DNA from: a virus
Lineage: Duplodnaviria; Caudoviricetes
Strand: one strand, 5' to 3'
Length of the DNA stretch: 34,338 bases
Virus record (IMG/VR): IMGVR_UViG_3300010203_000019
Location: 1-34,338 of that record
Shown here: in pieces, positions 1-8,950 of the stretch
How the letters are laid out: each line of letters opens with the position of its first letter
Position numbering within the stretch: the stretch's first letter is position 1
The notes under the pieces: generated by a model
Seen by the model: the letters and a program-made list of their open reading frames with translations, nothing else
Database searches by the model: none
Told to the model about the DNA's origin: nothing
Position numbers and translations under genes: made by a program

Positions 1-222
1 GGGGATTTTCCTATGGGATAGGCTCCGTTTGGAGCATGGGGATTCGGGGCGCCGTCCGGGTGGAAGGCGTGAACATTCACGGCGTGGCCGCGCAGTTGGA
101 TATTCGGGGGAGAGGGAACGACGCGCAACGCGGCTGCCGGATGGCGACCGATGCGCAACGTGGTTGACCACGCGCCGATGTGGTCGGCGAACTAGGTCAG
201 GTTCGGGGGGATTGTTGAGGGG

Positions 223-417
223 CTAGACTTCAGACTTCAGGCGCTCTCGCTCAAGCTTTTCGTCGATGGCCTCATTCAGCCAGTCGGAGACCTTCCCTTT
301 TTGACGAGCCGCAGCGGCTTTGCGCACGCTGTCCATCTTCGCGTGGGAGAGCTTGAGGGGGTACCGAGCGGGAGGCCCGCCATCCGGATCGAGAGTTGGT
401 CGACCGCGGGGTTTCAT
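223..417 (-). CDS. Ribbon-helix-helix (Arc/CopG/HicB-like) DNA-binding protein, 64 aa
   Basis: MKPRGRP...RYPLKLS (beta strand)...KVSDWLNEAIDEKL helix pattern; ATG at 417 overlaps the stop of the upstream ORF (ATGA). Confidence 0.65.
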   Translation of the reverse strand: MKPRGRPTLDPDGGPPARYPLKLSHAKMDSVRKAAAARQKGKVSDWLNEAIDEKLERERLKSEV

Positions 418-587
418 GCTGGACCGGACTGCGGAGGGCATCGGTCAGCCTTCAGCCTGTGGAGACCAATCTCCAGGGCTTCGCGAGCGATGGCAAAAGG
501 CTTTTCCCCGGTGCCGGCGACAACCTCGTCCAGGAGGTCGGCCAGGCGGCCAGATAGGCGTATCTCGAGCGTTCTGCTGGCAGGCAT
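414..587 (-). CDS. Second ribbon-helix-helix (CopG-like) protein, 57 aa, below the ORF track cutoff
   Basis: Translated by hand: MPASRTLEIRLSGRLADLLDEVVAGTGEKPFAIAREALEIGLHRLKADRCPPQSGPA*; alternating beta strand then two helices; ATGA coupling to the next gene. Confidence 0.6.
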   Translation of the reverse strand: MPASRTLEIRLSGRLADLLDEVVAGTGEKPFAIAREALEIGLHRLKADRCPPQSGPA

Positions 588-824
588 GAGGGATGCCGCC
601 CTTTCGGATCATGGTACGAGGCATTGTCTTGTCCTTCCTGGACGGTTCGCCCTAACCTCGGGCCGAGGTGCCGGATCACTCCGGCAAGATTAAAGTATGT
701 CCGAAAATATGGAAACGCAAATGGAATCTTTGGTTTTGCTGTTTCGGCTGCGTTTCGCCCAATTGGGAACGCTCGGGAGATTTTCGACGGCAAAATTCCA
801 AGGAAAATTCTAAGGCCGGAAATA

Positions 825-838
825 CTGACACGTGTCAG
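825..838. promoter_or_regulatory. Perfect 14-bp palindrome CTGACACGTGTCAG, candidate operator
   Basis: Read directly; lies 13 bp upstream of motif copy 1, between the divergent RHH genes and terS. Confidence 0.45.
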
Positions 839-851
839 GGTATCGCAGGGA

Positions 852-891
852 TAACCCGGACAGGCCCACGGGCACGGCGATCCGCCATCTT
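852..891 (+). promoter_or_regulatory. Putative phage late promoter, copy 1 (TAACCCGGACA-23 nt-CATCTT)
   Basis: Same motif and spacing at 6226, 17417 and 22996; GTG of terS lies 6 nt downstream. Confidence 0.7.
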
Positions 892-897
892 CGAAAG

Positions 898-1452
898 GTG
901 GCACGCAACGAAGTCCAATGGGACGACATCCGGGCCGCCTGGATCTCGACAGACAAGCCGATCCGGGAGTTGGCCAGAGAATGGGGCGTCTCCGAAGCGG
1001 CCATTCGAAAACGCGCCACAAAAGAGGCCTGGGGGCCTCGAAATGCATCGGCAAGAAAACGGGCGATAGTCGACGCTGCTCTGGCTGGTGCGCAGTCTGG
1101 TGCGCAGTGCGCACCGCGCACCGAGACGGATGCTGCGATCCAGAACGAGGCTGATCAGGACATCGCCGACATGCGCCTGGCCGCCCTGGTCGGACGCAAG
1201 GCACTGCAGCGCTGTCAGTTCGTTCTCGATATGCTTGCAGTCGACAACGACGGCAAGGAGACGACGAATCTCGCCCTGATCGCTCCCAAGGACATCAAGG
1301 CAATCTCGGAGGCTGCCCGCGCCGCTCTCGAGGTGATTCGCCGGGCTCGGAACTTGGACGACCCCAAGAAGGACGCCGACGAGGTGTCGCCTCTCCTTTC
1401 CCTGGCTGCCAGCATCCGGGAGGCGCGTGCAGCTCGCCCCCAAACAGCTTGA
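898..1452 (+). CDS. terS: Terminase small subunit
   Basis: N-terminal HTH (WDDIRAAW...IRELAREWGVSEAAIRKRATKEAW); directly precedes and overlaps terL; GTG start at 898 preferred over 832. Confidence 0.8.
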   Translation: MARNEVQWDDIRAAWISTDKPIRELAREWGVSEAAIRKRATKEAWGPRNASARKRAIVDAALAGAQSGAQCAPRTETDAAIQNEADQDIADMRLAALVGRKALQRCQFVLDMLAVDNDGKETTNLALIAPKDIKAISEAARAALEVIRRARNLDDPKKDADEVSPLLSLAASIREARAARPQTA

Positions 1453-2692
1453 ATCGATCCTCGATGCTGATGCACGAATCAACATCTGGCACGGTGCGGT
1501 CCGATCGGGAAAGACGGTCGGATCGATTGTGCGCTTCCTGGAAATCCTGGCCAACCCTCCGAAGGGCGGTCACATCGTGATCGTCGGAAAGACTGAACGA
1601 ACCATCAAGCGCAACGTGCTCTCGGTGATCGAGGATTACGTCGGGAAGCGACGCGTGAAGCTCCTACGCGACGGCATGGTGGCGATCTGCGGGGCAGTCT
1701 GCTTGATGGTGGGCGCCAACGATGCGCGCGCGGAAAGCAAGATCCGTGGCGGCACCTTCGCGGTGGCCTACGTGGACGAAATCACGCTGTGCCCGGAATC
1801 GTTCTTCAAGATGCTCCTGTCGCGCTTGTCGGTGCCGGGTGCCACGCTCCTGGGGACGACAAATCCCGACAGCCCATACCACTGGCTGAAGCGCGACTAC
1901 ATCGACCGACGCGCCGAACTGAACCTCAAGGTTTTCCACTTCACGCTCGACGACAATCCGTTCCTGTCGAAGGAATACGTCGATTCGTTGAAGGTCGAAT
2001 ACACCGGCCTGTGGTACCGGCGCTTCATCCTCGGGGAATGGTGCCTTGCCGAAGGCGCGGTCTACGCCGACCAGTGGGACGAGACGCGCAACACCTGGAC
2101 GGGCCCGTACACGCCACAGGTCAAGTGGTGGGCTGCGGGCGACTACGGCACGACGAACCCGACGACCTTCGGCCTCTACTCCGAGGATCGCGCCGGCGTG
2201 GTCACGTGCTGGTCGGAATACTGGTGGGACTCGAAGGAACAGCAGCGCCAGAAGACCGATCAGCAGTACGTCGCGGATTTCTTCGACTGGCTGCAACGCG
2301 CCGGCGCCGAAGTTGCGGCGGATGCGCGCGCGGCTGGCCATGCTCCACCACTGACGGCACCCGCCTTCCTTCGCTTGGACCCGGCCGCCGCATCGCTGCG
2401 GGTGGCTTTCGAGCAAGATCGACGCATCCGCGTGGAGAACGCCAACAACGATGTCCTTCAAGGGATTCGGCACGTTGGCGGAAAGCTGGCCGTCGGGTCG
2501 TTCCTGATCCACAAACGCTGCACGCATTCCCATCGGGAGATGTCGGCCTACACCTGGGATCCGAAGGCGCAAGCCCGCGGCGAAGATGCGCCGCTCAAGA
2601 TCAACGACCACACCCAGGACCGGCACCGGTACGCCATGTACTCGCCAAAATTTGTCCCCAACGAAAACACGTCGGCTCAAGCCGACATCTGA
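1427..2692 (+). CDS. terL: Terminase large subunit (PBSX/Terminase_3-like)
   Basis: Walker A HGAVRSGKT, Walker B YVDE, coupling motif TTNPDSP, RNase H-like nuclease DYGTTNPT and DHTQD..RY. Confidence 0.95.
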   Translation: MQLAPKQLESILDADARINIWHGAVRSGKTVGSIVRFLEILANPPKGGHIVIVGKTERTIKRNVLSVIEDYVGKRRVKLLRDGMVAICGAVCLMVGANDARAESKIRGGTFAVAYVDEITLCPESFFKMLLSRLSVPGATLLGTTNPDSPYHWLKRDYIDRRAELNLKVFHFTLDDNPFLSKEYVDSLKVEYTGLWYRRFILGEWCLAEGAVYADQWDETRNTWTGPYTPQVKWWAAGDYGTTNPTTFGLYSEDRAGVVTCWSEYWWDSKEQQRQKTDQQYVADFFDWLQRAGAEVAADARAAGHAPPLTAPAFLRLDPAAASLRVAFEQDRRIRVENANNDVLQGIRHVGGKLAVGSFLIHKRCTHSHREMSAYTWDPKAQARGEDAPLKINDHTQDRHRYAMYSPKFVPNENTSAQADI

Positions 2693-2699
2693 GGCCGCC

Positions 2700-4172
2700 A
2701 TGCGCATCGACAGAACGAACGCGATCCTTACTCTCCTCGAAGACGCCTACTTCGGCACCGGTGGTTTCGAGTTCTCTCCAGACGGAGCGCTCGGGACGGA
2801 TTCCTACCTGGTCAAGCACGACCGGGAGACGCCGAAGAAGTTCATCAACCGCCTCAAGATCGCCTACTACCTCAACTACATGGCGCCGGTGGTGGACAGC
2901 CACGTCACGCCGTTGTTTCGCAAGGAGGCAACGCGCACGGCGACAGGATCTGTCGATCTGTGGGACGCCTTCAAGGAAGATGTCGACGGCGCGGGTCGGT
3001 CGCTGGCCACGTTCATGCGCGAAAGCGCTTTTCCCGCCAAGCGCGACGGCATCCACGTGCTGGTGGTCACCGCTCCCAAGACGGCACCCAAGACCAAGGC
3101 CGAAGCCGTCGCGCTCAAGCCCTACATCTACGGCGTGCACGCGCTGGACATCACGGAAATCAAGCGCGACAAGGCAGGCAACATCACCAGTCTGTCGCAC
3201 CTGGAATCCAGGGATGATCAGGACGAACCTGTAGTGCGGACGATCACGGCGGCCGGGTGGAGCGTGACCAAGGGCAAAGGCGAGGCGCTGGAGTCGGGAG
3301 CATTCGAGCAAGGCGCCTTCGCGAAGGGACGACAGGCGCCGGTGGTGGAACTGTCGCCGGGTCTCGTTGTCCGTGGACAGAAATTGCCGCGATCCGAGTT
3401 CATCGGCGTGGCTCGTTGCTGCCATCGCCTGTTCAACCTCTCGAGCGAGCTCGACGAGGTGTTCCGCTCGCAAACCTTCTCGATCTTGACCTATCCGGCG
3501 AAGGAAACGAAGGGTCTCACCGTCGGGACAGGAAATGTCCTGGGGTACGATCCAGAAATGAAAATGGCGCCCGCGTTCATCGCGCCGCCCGAAGGTCCGG
3601 CCAAGCTCCTGATGGAACAATTCGACCGCCTGGTGCGGGAGATCTACCGCCAAGCCCTGCTCACCCACCAGACGGGCAGCACCAGCAAGAACGGAACGCA
3701 GAACTTGCCATCGGGCGTGGCTCTCCGGATCGATCGCGAATCGCTCGACACGTCGCTTTCCGAGTTCGGCAAGCAGTTGGAGAATGCCGAAACCAGGATC
3801 TCCGAAATATGGTCCTGGTGGACTGGCGAGACGATCACCTACGAGTGTTCCTACCCGCGTGAATTCACCCTGCAGGATCTGGCCACGGAGCTGCAACCGC
3901 TGCTCGATGCCTGGACCTCGCTTGCCAGCATGATCACGGCCATGACCGGCGATGCCGCGAAGATCTTCCAGGCCGGCATGGTCGAGAAGATCGCGGCCCT
4001 CCTGTTCGAAGGTGACGAGACTCGCTTGGAGGAAATCGCAAAAGAGTTGAACAGCTGGCTTTCGGACAAGAGCGCCGGGACTGGAGACGGCAGCGGCACA
4101 CCTGGAGGCGTCAACCCAGGAAGCGGCACCCCGCCCGATCCGAACCTTGACACGGGCGGCGCGGTTGCCTGA
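2700..4172 (+). CDS. Portal protein
   Basis: 490 aa directly after terL; RLKIAYYLNY, DVDGAG, SGVALRID and YPREF resemble SPP1/DUF4055-type portals; ATG at 2700 with GAGG upstream. Confidence 0.85.
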   Translation: MRIDRTNAILTLLEDAYFGTGGFEFSPDGALGTDSYLVKHDRETPKKFINRLKIAYYLNYMAPVVDSHVTPLFRKEATRTATGSVDLWDAFKEDVDGAGRSLATFMRESAFPAKRDGIHVLVVTAPKTAPKTKAEAVALKPYIYGVHALDITEIKRDKAGNITSLSHLESRDDQDEPVVRTITAAGWSVTKGKGEALESGAFEQGAFAKGRQAPVVELSPGLVVRGQKLPRSEFIGVARCCHRLFNLSSELDEVFRSQTFSILTYPAKETKGLTVGTGNVLGYDPEMKMAPAFIAPPEGPAKLLMEQFDRLVREIYRQALLTHQTGSTSKNGTQNLPSGVALRIDRESLDTSLSEFGKQLENAETRISEIWSWWTGETITYECSYPREFTLQDLATELQPLLDAWTSLASMITAMTGDAAKIFQAGMVEKIAALLFEGDETRLEEIAKELNSWLSDKSAGTGDGSGTPGGVNPGSGTPPDPNLDTGGAVA

Positions 4173-6010
4173 TGGCCATCGATCCGACAGGTGGGCGCAA
4201 GGAGCTTGAACGGCTCCTGGCAGGCCAATCCAAGCGAACGCAGCAGCTTGCCCAGCGAGTCGCGAAGGAGGTCGCCGCGGCTGTTTCCAGTGGCGCGGGT
4301 GCCGTTCAGGCGGTGACCCAAGCCATGGAGCGCGTGGGAGTGTCGCAGGCAGTGCGCACGCAAGTGGCCGAAGCCGTGGTGCAGTCGCTTTGCGTCGGGA
4401 ACGGGATCTGGCCATCCATCAGCGCAACGGTGGACATGCCCAGGCTGTCGTCGGTTGCGCTGGGTCACTCCTGGGATGGTTCGGGGATGACGCTGTCGGC
4501 TCGGCTGTACGGCACCGACCAGGCGATGCGCTCCGAGATCATCGGCGCGGTGCAATCTCACATCACAGCCGGCGCCGATACCTGGCAGACGGCGCGCAAG
4601 ATCTACGACGGCTACGGGTTCGGTGGAGCCTTGCACAAGGATCGCTTGCCCGACCTGCCCACGGATCTCCAGAACCTGGTAGACGACGCTTCCCACGTCC
4701 TGGACCCGACGCAGCTCGCGAAGCTCAAGGCACGCGCCAAGCAGATGACCGCCTACGCCGACCGGCTGGCCACGGGGCCGCTGGCCGCTGCCTACCGGCA
4801 GCTGTCGTCGGAGCTCGAGAAGGATTTACCGAATGGCGTTGCTCGCCTGGCTCGAATCGCGGCCGAGGAAAAGGCGCGGTACCACGCCTCGCGAATCCTG
4901 CGCACCGAAACTGCCAGGGCATGGGGACAGGGGTTCCACGCTCAGTGCATGGCAGATTCTGACGTGACCGGTTGGAGGTGGGAGACCTCGAGCGCGCATG
5001 TCATCTTCGACATCTGCGACTTCCACGCGAGGGCCGACCTCTATGGCATGGGCCCCGGGATCTATCCGAAGACGCATCACCCCAGCTACCCGGCGCATCC
5101 GCATTGCCTTTGCCAGTGCACGATGGTGTTCAAGGGCGAAACGCGGCAGCCACGCGACCAGGTCGACGCGGGCGGCAAAGCGGCCTTGAACGGGATGACT
5201 CAGGCCGAACGGGTGCGGATCCTGGGAAAGCCTGGAGCAAACGCCTTCCGTGGCGGCGCTGACTGGAAGGCTGCGATCAAGCAGTGGGAACCACCGGTTC
5301 CGTTCATGCGGCAGGTCACAGGAACGGGCGTGCAGGGGTGGCAACCGCCGCTCGAGCTTTCCAGTGGTGCGAAGGCTGTGCTTGTGGAGGCACAAGCCGC
5401 CGCCCCGAAAGTTCGGTTTGCGGACGACGGCAGGCTACTCCCAGGCGAATCGCTCACGCGCAAGGAGCTGGACAAAGCCTGGTCGCAGATCAATGGTGGT
5501 CCGATTCTCGACGCATGGAATGTTTCTGGCAATGTTCTTCCGTTGGGCCTGGATGAGCGCGAAGCGGCGATGATCTACAACTACACCGGAAGCGGTTACG
5601 TTGGCTTGAATAGCGATTTGCGAGACGGAAACCCGCCTCACGCCGTCCATATTGCGCAGCAGAGAATCTTGAATTCTGCCCTGACGAAGATGGGCCTTTC
5701 CAGGCAAGCAAAGACATACCGTAATATCCATCTGTACTCGGTTCAGAAGACGAAATTCAACAAGGAAATGATTCCAGGTTATGAATTCGAATGGAAGGGA
5801 TTCACCAGCACCAGCACTGACATGAACGCAGCAGCCCGATTCGGCGGGACGTCGTTCATCATCGAAAACCCGCAAGGTGTCGACATCAGAAAGGTTTCCG
5901 GGATCCCCACAGAAAACGAGTTCCTTGTCCAGTCCGGCGCGAGATTCCGAGTCAAGAAGGTGGTACCATTGCCTTCTGGAGAGCGTATCTTCATTCTTGA
6001 GGCTCTATGA
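4172..6010 (+). CDS. MuF (SPP1 gp7-like) minor head protein with C-terminal ADP-ribosyltransferase toxin domain
   Basis: MuF motifs RILRTETARA, CDFHA...PAHPHCLC; C-terminal YTGSGYVGLNSDLR, Y-R517, F-T-S546-T-S548 and E581-N-E583, the R-S-E clade ART signature. Confidence 0.85.
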   Translation: MAIDPTGGRKELERLLAGQSKRTQQLAQRVAKEVAAAVSSGAGAVQAVTQAMERVGVSQAVRTQVAEAVVQSLCVGNGIWPSISATVDMPRLSSVALGHSWDGSGMTLSARLYGTDQAMRSEIIGAVQSHITAGADTWQTARKIYDGYGFGGALHKDRLPDLPTDLQNLVDDASHVLDPTQLAKLKARAKQMTAYADRLATGPLAAAYRQLSSELEKDLPNGVARLARIAAEEKARYHASRILRTETARAWGQGFHAQCMADSDVTGWRWETSSAHVIFDICDFHARADLYGMGPGIYPKTHHPSYPAHPHCLCQCTMVFKGETRQPRDQVDAGGKAALNGMTQAERVRILGKPGANAFRGGADWKAAIKQWEPPVPFMRQVTGTGVQGWQPPLELSSGAKAVLVEAQAAAPKVRFADDGRLLPGESLTRKELDKAWSQINGGPILDAWNVSGNVLPLGLDEREAAMIYNYTGSGYVGLNSDLRDGNPPHAVHIAQQRILNSALTKMGLSRQAKTYRNIHLYSVQKTKFNKEMIPGYEFEWKGFTSTSTDMNAAARFGGTSFIIENPQGVDIRKVSGIPTENEFLVQSGARFRVKKVVPLPSGERIFILEAL

Positions 6011-6228
6011 TGACAATCCAGGAAGTGCGCAAATGGCGGGTCGATGCTGCACGAAATTACCGTATGGATTCCGCAGCGGTGATCGACGATCCCGATCTTC
6101 GCGAATGGGCGCAAGGGCGTGCGCAGCTTGCCGATGAAATCGAGGCAATGAGCGATTCGGAGTTGATCGAGAAAATCGAATTCGATCGCCGCCTTTGCGA
6201 TAAAATGACGAGCGGCGTCTCGACCTAA
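6007..6228 (+). CDS. Small helical protein, candidate immunity protein for the MuF-ART
   Basis: 73 aa, charged, ATGA overlap with the toxin stop; position matches the MuF toxin-immunity layout; no recognisable domain. Confidence 0.5.
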   Translation: MMTIQEVRKWRVDAARNYRMDSAAVIDDPDLREWAQGRAQLADEIEAMSDSELIEKIEFDRRLCDKMTSGVST

Positions 6229-6265
6229 CCCGGACAGGTCCCCGCCCCGCAAATCGCGCCATCTT
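6226..6265 (+). promoter_or_regulatory. Putative phage late promoter, copy 2 (upstream of scaffold/capsid)
   Basis: TAACCCGGACA 6226-6236, CATCTT 6260-6265; followed by GGAGG RBS and ATG 6286. Confidence 0.7.
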
Positions 6266-6285
6266 GGTAGGCATGGAGGAAACCC

Positions 6286-6918
6286 ATGCCATCAATCGTT
6301 GACGTCAAGAAGGCCCTGGAGGCCGTCGAAGGCGGTCCCGATCTCGTCGCCGCTCTGGATGGTGAGTTGTCGAAGCTCCGCACCGAATCCGGGAAGTACC
6401 GCACCCGCGCCAAGACCCTCGCCGACCACATCGGCGTGGACCTGACCACCGACGACCTGGACGGCGCTCTGGAAGCGCTCAAGACCAAGAAGCCGGAAGG
6501 AAAGAAGGGTGCGAACGACGAGCTTGACGCTCGCCTGCAGCGCCTGGAATCGGATCTCAAGGCGGAGCGCGAAGCCCGGTCGAATGCGGAAAAGAGCGTG
6601 CTGTCCGCCAAAGCGGAAAGCGCCATCAAGAACGCTTTGATCAAGAACAAGGCGTTGCGTGCCGACGACCTCGTGTCGATGCACCTGCCTGGCGTGAAGT
6701 TCAAGGAGAGCGGGGAACCGTACTTCCTGGACGCATCGGGTGCGGAGCGATCCGTCGACGAACACGTTTCGAACTGGCTGACTGCCAGACCGGAATTTGT
6801 CGCCTCCTCCCAAAAGCCGGGCCCAGGTGGCAACGGCAACAGCAAGCCGGCGAATGCCGACCTGTCCAAGCTCACCCCCACCGAAAAACTCGACATGGCT
6901 TTTGGAGCCAAGGAGTAA
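6286..6918 (+). CDS. Capsid scaffolding protein
   Basis: Coiled-coil-rich 210 aa, ELSKLRTESGKYR, Gly-rich linker near the C-terminus, immediately before the capsid gene; GGAGG RBS. Confidence 0.8.
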   Translation: MPSIVDVKKALEAVEGGPDLVAALDGELSKLRTESGKYRTRAKTLADHIGVDLTTDDLDGALEALKTKKPEGKKGANDELDARLQRLESDLKAEREARSNAEKSVLSAKAESAIKNALIKNKALRADDLVSMHLPGVKFKESGEPYFLDASGAERSVDEHVSNWLTARPEFVASSQKPGPGGNGNSKPANADLSKLTPTEKLDMAFGAKE

Positions 6919-6924
6919 ACGAGC

Positions 6925-7848
6925 ATGAAGACTCTTCTCGAAGCATCCAAGACGATCACCAATCCGCTGGACTCGGCTGTGACCGAAGTCTACGCGAAGG
7001 AATCGCCCATCCTGCGCGTGCTTCCGTTCCGCACCATCGGCACGCTGGCCTACAAGTACAATCGCGAGGACACGCTTCCGGGCGTTGGGTTCCGTGGCAT
7101 CAACGAGGCGTTCCCTGAATCGACTGGCATCATCGTACCGATGGTCGAAACGTTGGCCATCGCCGGTGGCGACTGCGACGTGGACAAGGTGATCGTCGAG
7201 ACCGAAGGTGCATCTTCGCGATCGATTGAAACGAACATGAAGCTCAAGGCGCTGTCCCTGTCCTGGGGGGCGAAGTTCTTCAAGGGCGACTCGGTGCAGA
7301 ACCCTGCCGAGTTCGATGGCTTGCAGACTCGCGTCTCCGGAAACCAGAAGATCGCGGCTGGCAACACGGCGGGCGGCGATGCTCTCTCGCTCCAGATCCT
7401 GGACCGGGCGATCAAGCAGACATACCGCCCGTCGGCCATTTTCTGGGACAAGAACCTTGGACTCCGCCTGACACAGGCGGCCAGGAATGTGAACGTCGGA
7501 GGGAACATCTCCTGGCGCAACGACGAGTTCGGTAACCAGATCGCCACGTACAACGGAATCCCGATCTACGAGACCGAGGAAGACAACACCGGTATCTCGA
7601 CTCTGGGATTCAATGAGGCCTGCCCTGGCGGCGGCTCGGCGGTTGGAGCATCGCTCTACATCCTGTCGTTTGGTGCGGATACGCTGTTCGGCATTCAGCG
7701 GTCCTTGCCTGAGGCTCGCGACCTCGGCGAAATCGACGCGAAGCCTGTCCTTCGGACTCGTGTCGAATGGGCCTCTGGCATCGCGACGAAGCACCCTCGA
7801 TGCGCGACCCGCATCTGGGGAATCAAAGACGCGGCCTTCGTCGCCTAA
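6925..7848 (+). CDS. Major capsid protein (HK97 fold, epsilon15 gp7/BPP-1-like)
   Basis: SPILRVLPF, LPGVGFRGINE, GGDCDVD, FFKGDS..P.EFDGL, YNGIPI motifs; AAGGAG RBS; strongly biased codon usage. Confidence 0.88.
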   Translation: MKTLLEASKTITNPLDSAVTEVYAKESPILRVLPFRTIGTLAYKYNREDTLPGVGFRGINEAFPESTGIIVPMVETLAIAGGDCDVDKVIVETEGASSRSIETNMKLKALSLSWGAKFFKGDSVQNPAEFDGLQTRVSGNQKIAAGNTAGGDALSLQILDRAIKQTYRPSAIFWDKNLGLRLTQAARNVNVGGNISWRNDEFGNQIATYNGIPIYETEEDNTGISTLGFNEACPGGGSAVGASLYILSFGADTLFGIQRSLPEARDLGEIDAKPVLRTRVEWASGIATKHPRCATRIWGIKDAAFVA

Positions 7849-7875
7849 TTCACCGTCACCCAAAGGAGTCATGAC

Positions 7876-8250
7876 ATGACTGCAATTTTTGACAAGAACA
7901 ACGAGCTCAAGGCCTCGGGTGCCGTCACTGCCAGCCAGGACGAAACCTTGATCCTGTGCAGCCCCCGCAAGATGGGTGGCCGCGCCAAGGTGGTGATCAA
8001 CGTGTCGGCTGTCGGTGGTACCACTCCCACCGCAGCGTTCTACGTCAACGTGTCGCCCACGGTGGGAGGCACCAAGACCAAGGTGGCGCAGCTCCCCAAT
8101 ATCACCGCTGTCGGACAGTACGAGATTCCGCTTTCCGGGAAGCTCGTCGAACAGCACGTGCCCACGGCGGAAGCGCTCGGAATCGGTGCGACCCTTGGTG
8201 GTACCACTCCTTCCTTCACGTACCAGGCATTCCTGGCGTTCGAGCCCTGA
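7876..8250 (+). CDS. Capsid cement/decoration protein (beta-sandwich)
   Basis: 124 aa, all-beta rich in Thr/Val/Gly, directly after the capsid gene with AAAGGAG RBS, as for BPP-1/epsilon15 cement proteins. Confidence 0.6.
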   Translation: MTAIFDKNNELKASGAVTASQDETLILCSPRKMGGRAKVVINVSAVGGTTPTAAFYVNVSPTVGGTKTKVAQLPNITAVGQYEIPLSGKLVEQHVPTAEALGIGATLGGTTPSFTYQAFLAFEP

Positions 8251-8252
8251 TC

Positions 8253-8471
8253 ATGGCCACCACGATCAAGGGTTCGCCCATCACGCTTTACCGTAACGGC
8301 CACTCCATCACCGTGCATCCCATCGACGCTCAGGCGTGGCGGGTGAACGGCTACACCGAAGATCCTGACAACGTGGTCGAGGAAGTTGCCGAAGAAGTGG
8401 CCGACAAGCCGGAAGGCAAGGAGTCCAAGAAGGCGAAGGCCGACAAGCAGGAAGGCAAGGACGCGGCCTGA
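8253..8471 (+). CDS. Small head-associated hypothetical protein with charged low-complexity tail
   Basis: MATTIKGSPITLYRNG...; acidic/basic C-terminus; fills the gap between neighbours. Confidence 0.65.
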   Translation: MATTIKGSPITLYRNGHSITVHPIDAQAWRVNGYTEDPDNVVEEVAEEVADKPEGKESKKAKADKQEGKDAA

Positions 8472-8950
8472 TGGAAATCTCGCTGAACATCCGAGCTGAC
8501 AAGCTCCTGGAGGCGTTTGCAAAAGCGCCCCAGGCCGTGCGCGACCATCTGCGGATCGCGGTGAAGTCGAGCACGGTGGATGTCCAGCGGGTTGCCCGGA
8601 AGTACCACAAGTTCGTGACAAAAATTGGATCTGTGGAACGTGCTGTCACTGTCGTGTTCCCCGACGAGATGACTGGCCGCGTTTTCCTGAATCCTGCAAT
8701 CGCCAAGCACGCCGTTTTTCTCCATGAGGGAACTCGGCCGCATCGCATCGAGCCGAAGCGCAGGAGGCTCCTGCGTTGGGCCGCGCCTCTTGGTGGCGGC
8801 GGCAAGGGCTTCGCCTTCGCTCGTCACGTCAACCACCCCGGCACCAAGCCGGATCCATTCCTTTACACCGCACTCGAGGCGCGTCGGGACTCCATCCAAG
8901 CGAAGATGGACAAGGCCACCGACGCAGCTCTTCGCGAGGCTGGTCTATGA
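8471..8950 (+). CDS. HK97 gp10-like neck/tail completion protein
   Basis: HEGTRPHRIEPK...VNHPGTKPDPFLYTA motif. Confidence 0.75.
   Translation: MEISLNIRADKLLEAFAKAPQAVRDHLRIAVKSSTVDVQRVARKYHKFVTKIGSVERAVTVVFPDEMTGRVFLNPAIAKHAVFLHEGTRPHRIEPKRRRLLRWAAPLGGGGKGFAFARHVNHPGTKPDPFLYTALEARRDSIQAKMDKATDAALREAGL

Noticed and set aside
1-222. GCGCAACG twice (123, 153), short hairpins at 159-189 and ORF 29-226
   Set aside because: Short GC-rich matches likely by chance; no tRNA or att-like structure recognised; the ORF is Arg-rich noise
852-862. CGGACA as an ordinary sigma70 -35 box
   Set aside because: The spacer to CAYCTT is 23 nt in all four copies, outside the 16-18 nt range
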